64,000 nucleotides of DNA from Utricularia gibba (taxonomy: Eukaryota; Plantae; Magnoliophyta). Position numbers and translations under genes: made by a program. The stretch covers positions 434,001 through 498,000 of the forward strand of contig NEEC01000017.1 in the NCBI GenBank assembly GCA_002189035.1, in the 5' to 3' direction. Shown here piece by piece: positions 36,489 to 50,015 of this stretch (position 1 is its first letter; the number at the start of each line of letters is the position of its first letter). Below the pieces are notes generated by a model. That model saw only the letters and a program-made list of their open reading frames with translations, was not told the DNA's origin and did not search any database.

Positions 36489-39400
36489 TTACTCCTTTGG
36501 CTTTTTGCTCATTGCTTTCCTCTTGTTGACATCTAGATATCGCTTTCGCAGCCGGATTGCACTTGGGGTGACCTGCGTTTGGAGTAAACGCCATGTGATG
36601 CAAGAGGAAGAGATGGTGGGAAAAAGAGTTAATGGACTCTCAAGAGAAGATAAAATTTACCTCGATGAGTTCATCCGATGCGACGTACCCAATTGCTTCT
36701 TCAAGTGTCATCTACAAAAAAAGCAACTCAGTCTGATGGCAGCTCAAGCCAACATATGAAAAGAAAGCATGTATTTTACAGCGGCATAAAAGGAGAGTCA
36801 TGTGTGGATGATGCTGTGCATACCAGGCGTGGAGGGGTCAGCTTTACATTTTCATCTTTACTGGCAGCACGAATGTTTGTCAACTCCTTGGCTCGAACTG
36901 GGTTCACCTGTAGAACACTTGCATACATTACCCTGAAAGAAAATCATTCTGAAACTAAAACCACAGATTTTTCTCACATCAAGATCTGAGTCACGGGAGT
37001 GCTCGCCGATGATCATGCCATCGTAAGTCTGTCACCAACATATGAGAGGAATCAAAATGGATATACAAGTAGTTGACACTGTCCAACATCAAAGAAGGTA
37101 GCTGTTGCAACCTCCATTCCTGGTTTGACAAAAAGTATTCCTCGAGCTTCTAAACTCATCAGTGCATGAGCTGTGATTGTTCCATTTCCCATTGATACCT
37201 ATTCAAACAAGGTCAGTTATGTCCCAAGAAAGATCGAAACTAGAGAAGCTATGCATAATAAGTCACATGGAATTAGGGTATTGAGAAGCAACATGCAATC
37301 AATAGGCTGGAAGGAAAGCTATTCCTAATAAAACAACGCCATGGTTCATGACATGAAAATTTTTTGGATCATATAAAAAGTTCAGGCAATAACACGTCGC
37401 AGGGAAAATTTTTAGATGAGTGTCAGGAAAGACGATAAAACTGTTTCTAAACACATCACTACTCAATTGTCAACAGTTTCATTGTCACGAGGTTATCAGA
37501 AGATGCAAAAAGCAAGTAATAATGTGCTTTGCAAGAAAAGTAATAAAGTGTAGAGCATTACTAGCACTCCCTTTCTGACATTTCCGAGGGGACCACGATG
37601 CTTTTCATAAGCTGCATGAAAACATAAATCAAATAAAGTCTTCCAATAAAAGAAAAGGAAAAAAAAAGGAGTCTGTAATTGGGCATATAGGATGCTGCAA
37701 AAAAAAAAAAAAATCCTAGCATGAGAGACAACAGTAGATAGCATGACTGGAGACGCTTTGTTCTTTAAAATGCATTAATGCACAGTGCACTATCACAATC
37801 AAAATCTAGCACAAAGGAAAATCGTACTCAGGAATGCACGGTGCATAAACCCGGTGCCTCTTGTGTCACTGCTGAATACGCTTCTATACCCAACCAAACC
37901 CCTGTGATAGCACGAAACTATCGGTATCAGTGTTAAAGAGGAATAGATTCATAATTAGAACATTATCGCCATGTTCCATTATAAGGGAAGAGGTGCTTGA
38001 GACAAAGGAGATTGCGGAGGGGGATGATACATGCCTGGAAGGGCAGGTGAGACAAATTCTAGTTCTGCCAATGCTACGAGGGACTTCACCCATATCAGTA
38101 ATAATACCTCTTCGATGAGAGAGAGCTTCCATGACTAATCCCACATGCTCCTCATTTACCTGATATAAAAGAGAGGCAAGCCATGTATTGATACTGAAGA
38201 GGTGTTCAAAGTCAGGTCAAGGGTAGTAGCAGAGTTAAAACCTCGATGGTAACTTCTTCTATCGGCTCTAGCTTTTGTCCATTTACATTTTTATACCTGG
38301 CCCAAATATAGAAACATGCTTAATCATGGAGAAAATGATTTCAAGAAATGGATGGAAATTTATCATGTGCCTATTTCAAGCATCCATGCTTTTTTTTTGG
38401 AGAAATGAATGCATCATACAATACATATATCAATGGAGCATACAATCCCATCTCTCACCCTCCAAAAGTTAAAATGGAGAAAATCAAAATAGGGTCAATG
38501 AAGTCAAGAAAATAAAAAAGAGCAGAATAATGTAGGTATTATCACAAGGGAAAATACACACATGACTTTAGGAGGCGAAACAGAGAGCTCAAACTTTTCT
38601 CGTCTCATGTTTTCAATAAGGATACCTGTTACAATAACAAACAAAAACATGTGAGCTTTAGAACAACAATTACATGTCCATAACCACTGACTGTCAATAG
38701 CAGATTGGTTTTTCAGAAAGAAATTTGTTTCAGAGACAACGGGAAGTCGCTCACCCAGTTGAAGCTCCCCCTCCCTTGAACCTCGTAAGAGTCTGACAAC
38801 CCAGGAAGCACATTAATTGCAAGATTCCGCTCAGCTTCAGCCAGCAGCCGATCACCAATTTGCCTTCCAGTTAACTGTAGTTGATCAGATAAATCGGAGA
38901 TGAGCATAAAATGGCATCATCGTAAAATGAGCGACTTTTAAGGTATACAGGTTACAAAAATAGTATAAGGTAATAAGCAGCATTTTTAACAAAAAAAAAA
39001 TGAACAAACGGGGCACGTGGCCCAAAAAAGAAAAACTAACATATGAAAAAATCGCAACAGCGTCTAAGAGCAGAGCAGCAAAATTGTGAGTTCGCATACA
39101 AAAGCAACGTGAACACCAGTTGTAGCTCTGAATGGAAAAAATAAGAAAGGTTGATACAAATGAAGAAATCATACATAAGTACCATCTCGACCGGCCAGTG
39201 GAGAATCGTTTACACCAAAAGTCATAGATATGGTTGGAGGGTCAAGTTCAACCGTGGGTAGAGCTGTCATGACCTGTCAAAATCAAGGTTTTTGTAGAAT
39301 AAAACGCACAATCGAATTCAAATAAAAACTAATCGAAGAACTAATTTTTCTCCCAACATTATTCCTATGAAACCTCCAGGTTTGAACAGTTAGTACACAG

Positions 39401-41931
39401 CACGCCATCACCAGTATCTGGTTACCCACTGTTTCTTTTAAATGAAATGCACAAGAAAGCTAGCGAGTACACAGAAAAATTAAAAAAAATTGAAGACAAC
39501 AGACATCTGGAAGTACAGCAAAACATGTTTTAAGGTCACCAGCAACTTGGTATAAGTTGTTTGATTTAGATAACAAAAAGAAGCATCAATCAAGAATTTT
39601 ACCTCAACACTGCTGATAGTGTGCCCTATTGCTGGACTGGTTAAACCCGCCAAAGATATTATGTCACCAGCACCAGCACTATCTACTGAAACAGTATCTG
39701 TTCCAATCTTTTTCATCAACTTCACAACCTATAAAAATGCATGAAACACGGCTTTTTACCACAAGCATTCAAAAGCTATCATGTCCAATTTCCAAACTAC
39801 AAAGAAGTTCCAATGTGGGGATTGGTGGACAGGGGAGGGGATGGATATTCATAGAAATGCAATTATGAACCTTCCCCTCTTCAACTTTCATGACCCCAGA
39901 GTCCGTGGCACGAAGACCTTGAACTCTATCACCTACTTGGATAATTCCAGAATAGATCCGTCCGGTTAATATTCGTCCAACAAAGTTGTCTCTTTCCATC
40001 ATAGACACCTGAAAGGAACTGTCAACTAAATCTCTCAAGGTTCTCCTAGGCATAACCATGCACAGCTTGTAACTATCATGCCATAATTTCAAAAAACGTA
40101 AATACTTCAGGACTAACCAGCATCTGAAAAGGTTCATCAATGCTAACATTTGGCGGAGGAACATGCCTGATGATAGCATCAAGCAAGTCGGACATATTCC
40201 TTGTTTCATCAGGAGGATTTTTTGTATAAGTTGATGATGCCCATCCTTCCTTTGCGGAAGCATAAAGAACAGGGAATTCCAGTTGCTCCTCTAAGAGAAG
40301 TTATGAAGTAAAGAAATACAGTTAACACGAACTTTACACACTGAGTAGGTGAAATTAAATTGAGCGACAAATATTATCAAGTACCTGTAGCACCGAGATT
40401 AGCAAAAAGATCAAACACCAGGCTCTCGACTTCACTGCACCTTTCTTCAGTGACTACACAAATGATGCCCACGAAAAGTTTGAAGTCACGTGGAGTATTT
40501 CCAGAGAATGTTAAATAAAAGGATGAACATGGTAATGACAGCATGTTAACAATATTACCTGATGGGCGGTCAACTTTATTTAAAAGAAGAAGAGGACGCA
40601 GTCCATATTTTAGTGCCTTGGCTAGTACAAATTTTGTCTGAGCTAGAGGACCTTCACCAGCATCGACAACTAAAATTGCCCCCTCAACCATGCCCACCAC
40701 TCGTTCAACCTATGCAATAGGTTAGAAAATAAACCTCATTGTGTTAAGAAATATGAAAGATGCAATCCCCGAAAACGGATTCCATCAAAATATTAAAATC
40801 AATCCTTATATCCTGATATTTTCTAAAAAAACATAAAAAATGCCTTCATCCGAGATTTAAAACGAGCAGCATACTTCACCACCAAAATCTGCATGTCCTG
40901 GAGTATCAACCATGTTTAGCTCACTTCCTTTCCAAGATATAGATGTGACCTGCGGGTTGTAAAAACACATAAAGATATGAAAAAGCAGGAAATTTTTACT
41001 TTGTTGGAAAGTGCATAATACACAAGAATATGTTAGAGCAATTCAATATCCTTAAACTGAGTGGCTCATTTCATCCATAAAGAAGTAACTTTCACAGATG
41101 CCTATGAGTTTACCGAAATTTTCAGAATATCCTGAAGGAAGTTAAGTATCAAACATATATATTAGCTGCAAACGCCGAACTCTAAGGATACAACACGTGA
41201 GGAACACTAGATGCAGAAACAACACTGATGCACTGACTCAGACGAAGATACCTCATCCAAGCTTACATCAACCTACTACCCACCGAATAGGAGCAGCCGT
41301 AAGTCCGGCCTTTTTGTCATCATAGCCAGTAGACTTGTTTTAAGAACATTTACCGCCCAAAAAGAGCATTGATCAAACAAATTTTGTGAAAAACAGCGTA
41401 GATTGATTGATTTTAACAACCAACTAAACCAAGGGAAAGATGGTACACAAGCAGAGAAAGAAGAATCTGGAATTTTGCAATAATCTCAAGCCTATATTCT
41501 CCATATCTGAATCATCTGAAAACATTTCAACGGACTTCAACCAAATAGTTTGTCTCAAAGAAGAAAATTAAAAAATTGAAACTTCAGACACGTATGGAGG
41601 AAACCACCTTCGAGGCGATGGTGATGCCACGCTCCCTCTCCAGGCTGATAGAATCCAGCGCCCGCTCATGAGGAATATCTGCGCCACACTGGCGAAGGAG
41701 ACGATCCATCAACGTGGTCTTCCCGTGATCAACATGGGCTATCACCGCCACATTCCTGAGCCTATGAGGATCAAAGGCAGAAGGCGAGGCATCCGGAGTC
41801 GAAATAGACGAGGCGGAAGAGGAGAACCCCTGCACCAACCATGGCGCGCGTGGAAAAGAGAGGCGCTTTAAATAATTAGCCGACAATGATTTTCCGGCGG
41901 AGCGCAACGAGCGAAGGATCGGTGCCACCAT
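36489..41931 (-). CDS. TypA: TypA/BipA translational GTPase (probably the mitochondrial-type paralog), many exons; apparent 1-nt frameshift at 38767-38771; one GC-AG intron
   Basis: [93 protein letters not shown]. Confidence 0.92.
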
Positions 41932-41983
41932 TTGTAGCACCGGAGTTCACTCCCGCTTCACTTTTTCCGGCAAACCCCGTCGT

Positions 41984-42043
41984 TAGGGTTTTAGGTAACC
42001 GTTAAGCTGATGCCAAAATATACCGGGCCATGATGGTGGCCCA
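41984..42043. promoter_or_regulatory. Telo-box (TAGGGTTT) plus site II (GGCCCA) near the TypA start, in the divergent TypA/PPR spacer
   Basis: TAGGGTTT 41984-41991 and GGCCCA 42038-42043. This motif pair is known from promoters of translation-related genes. Confidence 0.5.
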
Positions 42044-42700
42044 ACTATTCAGGGCTTCCTTCAAAGCTGGTGCCCGGCCTGGCCTATCCATTCAGGCTGC
42101 CCTGGCCGACCACTGTAAATTAAGAAAATAGGCTTGCCTCGATTTTTTATTTTTTTTTGGGATGAGGTTTAGGGTATCAAAGAATTTAATCTCTAAATTT
42201 TAAAATTACAATTATAGTTTGTTCAATTTATATTTTTTGTAAATAATTTGCTTTGTAACTTATAAAATTATATATTTAATTCTTCATATTACTAAAATTA
42301 ATAAATGTTAATCTCTAATATTATTTTAATGATACATCATTATAAATTGTATTTATAACTATCATTCTTCATTCTCTAATGGTCTTATTTTTATCGAACT
42401 TTAAAAATCACGATATATAAACATGATATGACTCCAACAAATGATTTTGATTTATTGAATTCCATATACAAATGTGATAATTTTTATTTACAATTTGAGA
42501 TATTTTTTAATAATTATAAAACTTTAGAATTAAACTATTTATACGAATTTAAACTTTAATTCGTTGTTTTTGTAATTTTCACATTTTTTTATACGCCGGA
42601 ACCTGTCGTCACTCCAACGCTTGAACGACATGGTAGGCTTGTGTATTTTTAACCAGAATGCAGAAAATCCCAAATTCGGGCTTTGAGTTTCAACTTAATA

Positions 42701-43750
42701 ATGCAAGCAATTGCTTTAGAAACCGGTACATTGGCGTCGACGGCGGCAAGGCTCCGTCGACTTCTCCGGCCCATCAGAGTGAGTTTCCATCAGATTTCAT
42801 CTTGTGCAGATCCTGTTGCGGAGTCAATACAAGCGGCGGTTGAATCCAAGAATTACGATCAAATTCCTGGTCTCCTTGATTGCGCTGGCGCTTCTTGCCC
42901 GAGCAAAAATCCGTTCTTGTTTCTCTCTAATCTCTCTGAATCTCGTCAGATTCAAGTCATTGATGACATTTTACAGTCATTCATCCCCATCCGCCCTCGA
43001 TATCGGCTCCGTTTTGCCCACTCTTTTCTTCTGCAATATGCCCTTGAAAGCCCAAATCTAGTTCCACTCTCCCTTGCCGTCGTGCAACGCACTCTCCGTT
43101 GTGGCTGTATTCCTACCCCACAAACTCATTCCCTTCTCTCGAAATCATGGACTGAACGCCGTCGCCGACCGCAGCCGGTTTCATGTATTATGTCTGAAAT
43201 GAGATCTTTGGGGTACACGCCAGATTGTGGGACGTGTAACTATCTGATCCTTTCACTCTGTAAAGATGGCCATCTTGAAGAAGCTCTCTCAGTCTTGCGG
43301 GAAATGCAGAAAGCAGGCTCCGTTCCCATTTCTGACAGCTACGGTATCATTCTGGATCACATGAGTACTCTCAAAAGAAGTAGCAATAAAGTTCTAAAAT
43401 TGTTCCAGGAGATGGTATCTGTGCATTGTTTGAATCCTGGAAAAGATACAATCGTGAAAGCCATTGCTGGTATGCGGGCCAATGGAGATACCCGGAGAAT
43501 TGTCGATTTGATTGAGTTTTTGGAAAATGAGAATGTAGATGTAGGATTTGTGGAATATGAATCAGCATTGGAGGGCTGCGTGGAGGCTTACCGGTGGGTT
43601 TTGGCCGGAAAAGTCGCCGTCAAAATGACCGGGAATGGGTTCATTCCATACATAGGAATGAGGCAAAGCGTAATAGAGGGGCTTGTCAGCGTTGGTGAAC
43701 AAGAATTTGCTTCAGTTGTGAGACAGCAGTTTGCAAGATTGAAATCTTAG
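42701..43750 (+). CDS. Short pentatricopeptide repeat protein (intronless, few P-type repeats)
   Basis: Single open frame; PPR-like units MSEMRSLGYTPDCGTCNYLILSLCKDGHLEEALSVLREMQKAGSVP..SYGIIL; organelle-targeting-like N-terminus. Confidence 0.85.
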   Translation: MQAIALETGTLASTAARLRRLLRPIRVSFHQISSCADPVAESIQAAVESKNYDQIPGLLDCAGASCPSKNPFLFLSNLSESRQIQVIDDILQSFIPIRPRYRLRFAHSFLLQYALESPNLVPLSLAVVQRTLRCGCIPTPQTHSLLSKSWTERRRRPQPVSCIMSEMRSLGYTPDCGTCNYLILSLCKDGHLEEALSVLREMQKAGSVPISDSYGIILDHMSTLKRSSNKVLKLFQEMVSVHCLNPGKDTIVKAIAGMRANGDTRRIVDLIEFLENENVDVGFVEYESALEGCVEAYRWVLAGKVAVKMTGNGFIPYIGMRQSVIEGLVSVGEQEFASVVRQQFARLKS

Positions 43751-43869
43751 ACACAAGTGTCTCAAACCGATGCATCTACAAGCATTGTGCAGGGTGATCA
43801 TTTTTGCCTTGTCCGAACAATCTATCTGTAAGATTAAACTATGTATAAGTACAGCACATCTTGGAGGAA

Positions 43870-46800
43870 TCAACTAAGGCTAAGGGGAGGTTCAGAGAGC
43901 AGCATCCTGTTCAGTTCATCCTCACCAATGCCCATCAGTGCGGAAAGAATGCCAAAATGCTCGGGTTCTATTTTCTTTGGTGGCTCTAAATTCATTTTCT
44001 CCACCTCACCAACTGCGTTGCCTTGTGATTCTGTTATTTTCTCAGCCAATGATTGTGGCTCTTCAACTGCGCCGCACTGTCGTTGTACTCTTTCCTCACC
44101 CAGGGACTGTAGCTCTCCAACTGCACTGTCATGTAGTTCCATTCTTTCCTCAGCCAGTGATTTTGGTGGCTGTTCTGCCTCTTTCATCAGCAAGTGATTG
44201 TGCCTGGCCCGTGTACCATGATCAATCTGGGATCTGAAGTTAACAACATCTTCATTGCGGTGCACGTAAACAACGCCTGAAACAGCACACAAGGATGCAG
44301 GTATAAGTGTCACATAATGTTAATGATTACACAATTTCAATCCTTGAACTGAAACTATCAGTACAGGGACTGCAGAATACGAAGATTAGGATGAGCTCAC
44401 CAAGATCTTGTAGGTGGGGCTCGATTCTTGTTCTCTTTTCTGCAGGGAGAGTGCTTAGAGAAGTTGATGAGTGCTTATGTACTGTTCCACTCTGCGAACT
44501 CACACCGGCTTCAGTGTAACCACGTTGTTGGATATGATCATGAGTGGAGCTTTTATCTCGGTTACCATGGGATTCAATGATCTCACTAGTGAAAAGCTTG
44601 TCCGAAAGATCACGGAACAAGTTGCAGATGCCAAAAAGCTCACCCTTGAACTCCTTGCAATCCTTCACAAATGGATCACTTCAGGTGATTTGGGACAGTT
44701 CTTGGTAACATGCGAAATACTGTCATACGGACTTCTCCCTACCTGTACTCCCTCAAAGTACCGCTTCTCCATTTTCCCAGAAACAGCAATATTTGATAGC
44801 TGCTGTTTGTAGATCTGTCGAGTATAGACAAGCTCCTCGAGAGAACCAGCTGCGAGGAGACGGAAAACAGTTACATGGCGTTTCTGGCCAAACCGAAAGG
44901 ACCGGTCTTGCGCCTGCAAATCGTGAGATGGATTCCAGTTTGGGTCAAAGACCACTACCCGGTTCGCAGCTGAGAGGTTTATGCCAAGACCACCAGCTCG
45001 GGTGGAAATCAGGAACACCTGAACCCAGAAATACAGATTCTTATGGTTTGAGAAAGCAAAGGTGTGTAGCATGTGGATATAAGGGATCCCACTTGTTTGC
45101 TGGGGCTTGAGGTGAATTCCTCGACAAGTGAGAGGCGAATGCCCGTAGGAGTTGAACCATCCAGTCTCAAAAAGTTGTACCCTTTTCGAATGACGAACTT
45201 CTCAAGTATGTCTAACATTCTGTAGACGAATTGCAGACATTTCGAGGAAATCGCAGGTTTGTAAGGATCCCAGTGGATGTTCTAAGATGAGAAATTATAT
45301 TACCTTACTGAATAGCTGAAAAGAAGAATCTTGTCACCTTCAGAAATCCAGGATCGCATTAACCTCTCCAAAGTTCTCATTTTTCCGCAGTGTTGCACGT
45401 CGCTCAGGCCCATGAAACTGTCATTCTGAGCACTGCCACCCACAGAACCATCTTCATCAAACACTGAAGCAACAAATTCTGCATCTCTTCGCTGCTTATC
45501 TGGATCATCCTTCGGGTTTGGCTTGACAAGCTCAAGGTGATTGCTTATCTGCAGGTTACAAAACTCCAGTCAGATTATCTGTAAAAACCGATGAGTACTT
45601 CAACAAGAAAGTAAACTAGTGGTTATGAGGCTACCTGCTGGAGCTTAACCAGGCAAGGAAGAACGATACAAAAGGGGCAAGAGTCACAGCCCTCTGGATT
45701 CTCATTGTGAAGATGAGGCCAAATGACACCATCCGGGACCGTACGTTTGCAGCATTCGAACTGTTTGAGAGGGCTCCCACAACTGCATGGCAGGTCCTTG
45801 TTGACGAGGCATTGGATGTCCGGGAGCTGCAGCGTTCTCCGGTAGACCTCTTTTTGCATCTGACTCATAGAACAGAAAACGATGTTGTCTTCCTTCCCCT
45901 TCATAAGATGCGCAATTGTTTCATCCTTGGTTCTTCTAAGCATGTATTTCTGTAAAACAGAAGCTAAGTGACGTTTTCTCTCCTCTGCAACTTCAACAAA
46001 CTTTGTGGGTGCACTCAATCTCTGCCCAAGCTTCAGGGGTTCGTCATAAAATTCCCGAAAATGTTCCCTGCTTCCTAATCTTCCAGGTACCACCCAATCA
46101 AAGAGATTGAACAGCTCCATGATCTTGTTCTGCATCACTGTCCCAGTGAGACCATAACGCTTCAGTGTCTTGATCTTCATACACTCGACATAAAGCTTGG
46201 ACTTTTCATTCTTCAGCCTGTGCACCTCATCAACAATTACAACTTCCCACAGAACACTGGACAGTGCACTCTGTTGCATTCTGTAGGTGTCAAAACTGGT
46301 TATAATAACCTCCACAGCCCCGCTTGCTAGCTTTTCTAGAATCAAATCCCGGTTTGGTCCATGGTAAATGGAAACCCTGAATGTGGACCATCTGGAAAAT
46401 TCCTCCTCCCAGTTAAGAATGACCGAGCTCGGACCAATGATGAGGACAGGGCCTTTCTGATGCTGTTTCCCTGAGCCCGCCTCTGAACCTTTGCCATAAA
46501 CAGCCGCCAGCATTGCAATTGTTTGGATAGTCTTCCCCAACCCCCTGAAATTCAGTAGAAAAAACAACGGGGAAAGTTCAAATTCAACGAACAAGGCGAT
46601 CTTTGCCAATGATAAGTCACAGGAAGAACATTCCATGACAGAAGCAGAGATCTAAAAGAGCAACTCAGATTATAGAAAAGTGTTTTGATTTCTCCAAGGG
46701 CAAGTTGCTAATCACCATAAAAGTCAAATTATGGAGCAAAACCAAGAAATGAAAACTGATGCTCACATATCATCTCCAAGAATCCCTCCATGATTGTTCC

Positions 46801-47387
46801 TGTACAAATTATAAAGAAACTGAACTCCTTCTCTTTGGTGCTCCAAGAGTCTACTGTTTATAGATGCAGGAACCTGCAGGCGTTGAAATGTTTATAAACT
46901 TTTCTCAACTTCACAAAAAAAAAACCTAAAAATGCTCTGCTTGATGCAACACAGACAGTAAGCAAATCGAGAAATAGTGGACTAGCTTCCAAGATATGAC
47001 ACCACAAAAGGGGGCTTGGGGAGTCACCTCTACAACGGGAATTTCGCCCCGAGGAGAAAGAAGAAGAGGCTCGTACGGTCCGGTGATATCAAACTGGCGA
47101 AGAGTCGAGTCCAATTTTGAATCTTCTACGCATTGCTCCTCTTCCTTTTTCTCATCACCCTTCTCTGTTTCTGATTTCAAATCTGTATTCCTTTGGGGGT
47201 TCCTAAATTGGATTTGCGGCTGAGAATCGGGATATTCACCGAGACGCAGGAGCTGCTTAGACAACGACGATTTGGGGGGTTTTCTCGTTGAAATAGTGGA
47301 ATCGATTTGGGATTGATTAGAAACCAAAGAAGCCGAGAAACTGCTTTTACAGGGCTTCAACGCCTCCTTGAAAGCGTTAAGAGACAT
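43870..47387 (-). CDS. SWI2: SNF2-family ATPase SWITCH2/CHR9 (ERCC6L2/RAD26L-like)
   Basis: LLEHQREG, GGILGDDMGLGKTIQ, DEVHRLKNEKS, LTGTVMQN, CDSCPFC insert, RLDGSTP, STRAGGLGINL, NWNPSHDLQAQDRSFRFGQ. Exact stop is less certain. Confidence 0.9.
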
Positions 47388-47741
47388 GGGAAATTGTGCC
47401 CAAATTGTGAGCAAAGTTCGGTCATTCGTGGCTTCTTCTTCTCCCACGGATTCGGTTGAACTTCGAATTCTTCTTTATATGAAGCCTGCTTTGAAATTAA
47501 AAAGAGAAGCTTCGCTTTGGCAGCTGCACCGCCATTTTCTGTGAACAGGGTTCTAAAATGGAAGTTTTTCCAATCCTTCTTCACAGACAAAAGATCTTCG
47601 AAGATTGGATGCATTCAAAACCTAGTTTACAACTTACAAGATGATCATCGATCATCTGCTACCACATGTCAAATTGGGCACTAGCAGGCTAAGTTACAGA
47701 CGACTCCGGAAAAGAAAAAAGATCTAATCTTGGTGAAGATC

Positions 47742-48236
47742 TCAATCAAAATTTGCAGCACGTTCCTTGCTCCTCCCAGCTAAGACAAAGTACCCAAGAA
47801 GAGCGCAAATCGCCGCCACAGCGTTACCTTCCTTGATCAAAATCCTAGCCACGAACCCAGTTATCTCAGCTGTCAATTTCTTCCCCTCAACGACCAGAGT
47901 CTTCCTAGGTTTCCCACAGAAAGTTAACAGTACAAGCACCGTTATCCACGTCACCAATGTAGCCGGCACCGCCACCGCCAGCGCTGATACTATCGACAAA
48001 ACCCCAAAAGCGGCTCCCAACAGAACCGAGGGGTACAACGCAGACCACCCAGATGAAGAATCAGCAGAGGATTTGATTTCGTACCATGAGAGAACGGATT
48101 TGAGGAGATTCCACGAAAGGGAAAGGAGAGTTGTGTAGACGAATACGAACAGGCAAACCCAAGTTCTTCTTCTGCTCATGAGTTTAAGGAGAAGCATGGA
48201 ACCAACGGGAGGATCTCCCGAGTTATCTTCCTCCAT
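47742..48236 (-). CDS. Uncharacterised 164-aa multi-pass membrane protein (intronless)
   Basis: Clean ATG-to-stop ORF with several hydrophobic segments (TWVCLFVFVYTTLLSLSW; VLLGAAFGVLSIVSALAVAVPATLVTWITVLVLL) and exon-like composition. Confidence 0.75.
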   Translation of the reverse strand: MEEDNSGDPPVGSMLLLKLMSRRRTWVCLFVFVYTTLLSLSWNLLKSVLSWYEIKSSADSSSGWSALYPSVLLGAAFGVLSIVSALAVAVPATLVTWITVLVLLTFCGKPRKTLVVEGKKLTAEITGFVARILIKEGNAVAAICALLGYFVLAGRSKERAANFD

Positions 48237-48831
48237 TCCTATAAAGTCTTCAGCTGAGACTCCCGAGTAGAGTTGTTGGTTTAAGATTCTGATGGCTTGA
48301 CTTTTGATTATTGGCAGATGGGGTTTCCCTGTTTCGCCATTTTCTGTTCAATGGTCCATAGGACGACTCTTTTTGGATCAATGGGTCGCATGTGGGCTAA
48401 AGGTAACTGTACTCCGGCATCTTCACAACTTCAGATTGAAGCGGAGGCTTGTCTTTTAGGCTTTTCTGGTGCCGGAGTTTGCTTTCCTAGCTTTCAGTAT
48501 TCTTCCTCATGATGAAACCAGTCAATTATTCAACAACAAGCCAAGCCAAGGAATCAAATGGGGTGTCGTGTCAACTACCTTCTGGTCTTCTACCCCTTTA
48601 CCACTTTTACTTTGCACATTCTTTAATGTTAGAAGATTCAGGTCACTACAATCTTTTCGTGTGCCGTGCCATTCACGGCGGGGTTGGTGGGAACTCTATC
48701 CAAAACATCAGATGCTGAACTCACCGGCGATAAAAAATGGAAAAAAGAAAAGCGTGTGTTGGGCTTCAGACATTTCATCCCTTGTTAGTTGTTTCTTTGT
48801 ACTTTCAACTTGGATATTCTCATACTGCCGA

Positions 48832-49544
48832 TCACCACACAATGGCGAAAACAAGCAATGAGAGCCCAATGTATACAATGCTCAAAAGATGGAGCAATGG
48901 GGCACCTGCTGCGCTTTGTGGCGAGGCCGGCGGCAGCGCCTCCACGTTGCTGCAATCGAGGCCTTTCTCGGTCTCCTTGCATAGGGAGGCGAAGAGCCCG
49001 GGTGGGTATTTTCCATACAGATTGACATAGCTGAAGAAAGTCTCAGCACAGTTGCTTTGAAGATCGTTAACTTGATCCTTCACGGGGCAAAGAAGCTGCT
49101 TGAGTGGTGTGCAGCACCTGTCTACGGAATAGTTGGGTCCCTTGCATTGGCTTGTCATCACTGTGTAGTTCATGTGCTCGAAATCCACACTACAAGCTGC
49201 ATTTGTTGAACACATACAAAAAGGAATGATCATGTTGGAAATGCCTAAAGCTTTATGAGAGCTTGAAAGAGCTGATGAATTCAGATGTTAAAGGTCATGG
49301 CTTACTGGTCTTCTGCTGCAAAAGGGACCGGCCTATTGATTCATGTGGCGTGAGAATATTACCTGTTAATCAATTCAAGAGATAAAACATGACAAATACA
49401 GGACGAAAGATCAAACATTTCTCCATGTCCATGGAAGACTGTGTCTTGATACACACCTGAAATGTAGGACGATGAAACCACTCTGACGACGAGGAGGGCA
49501 AGAAACAAATGCAGCAAGGACGTCATTGGTGCCTTACCTCCCAT
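48832..49544 (-). CDS. LLG: LORELEI-like GPI-anchored protein, 3 exons
   Basis: Signal peptide, GRSLLQ, CSVDFEHMNYTVMTSQCKGP..CC..CP..NDLQSNCAETFFSYVNLYGKYPPGLFASLCKE..GLDC, hydrophobic GPI tail. Confidence 0.92.
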
Positions 49545-50015
49545 TCTTAGGCCAATTCTCTATGCTTACAAGGAATGTCTTCCCTTTTTGCCTCCCTCTT
49601 CAAGTTTCTATTTTTGGTTGTAAGAGGTGGTGGTTGTTCTGCAACTACTTGTTGGTGTATATCATATTGAGGCCAGACAACTGATCAAATACAAAAGAGG
49701 GAACAACGGTGGGTATCCATTGCTATTTATATCAGAGTACCACAATTCCCCAACACATCTGTATAGTAAAAATTTCGAAGCTAGTAACTGGTGGATACGT
49801 GGCAGCGAGGTCAAATTTATCATCATCAAAAAAATCAATATTTTTCACATACGACAATCTACAGTCTTTTGTGCCGAATCCTAAGGATCTCATCATAATC
49901 AGTAAACATGGACATCATAAGAATTTGAAGCATTTGCAGTACATGCCAAGAACAGTTACCTGTCTCTTTACTTCTTCCTATACTCTATGAAAATGAGATA
50001 TAAGCTGCAGTGTTG

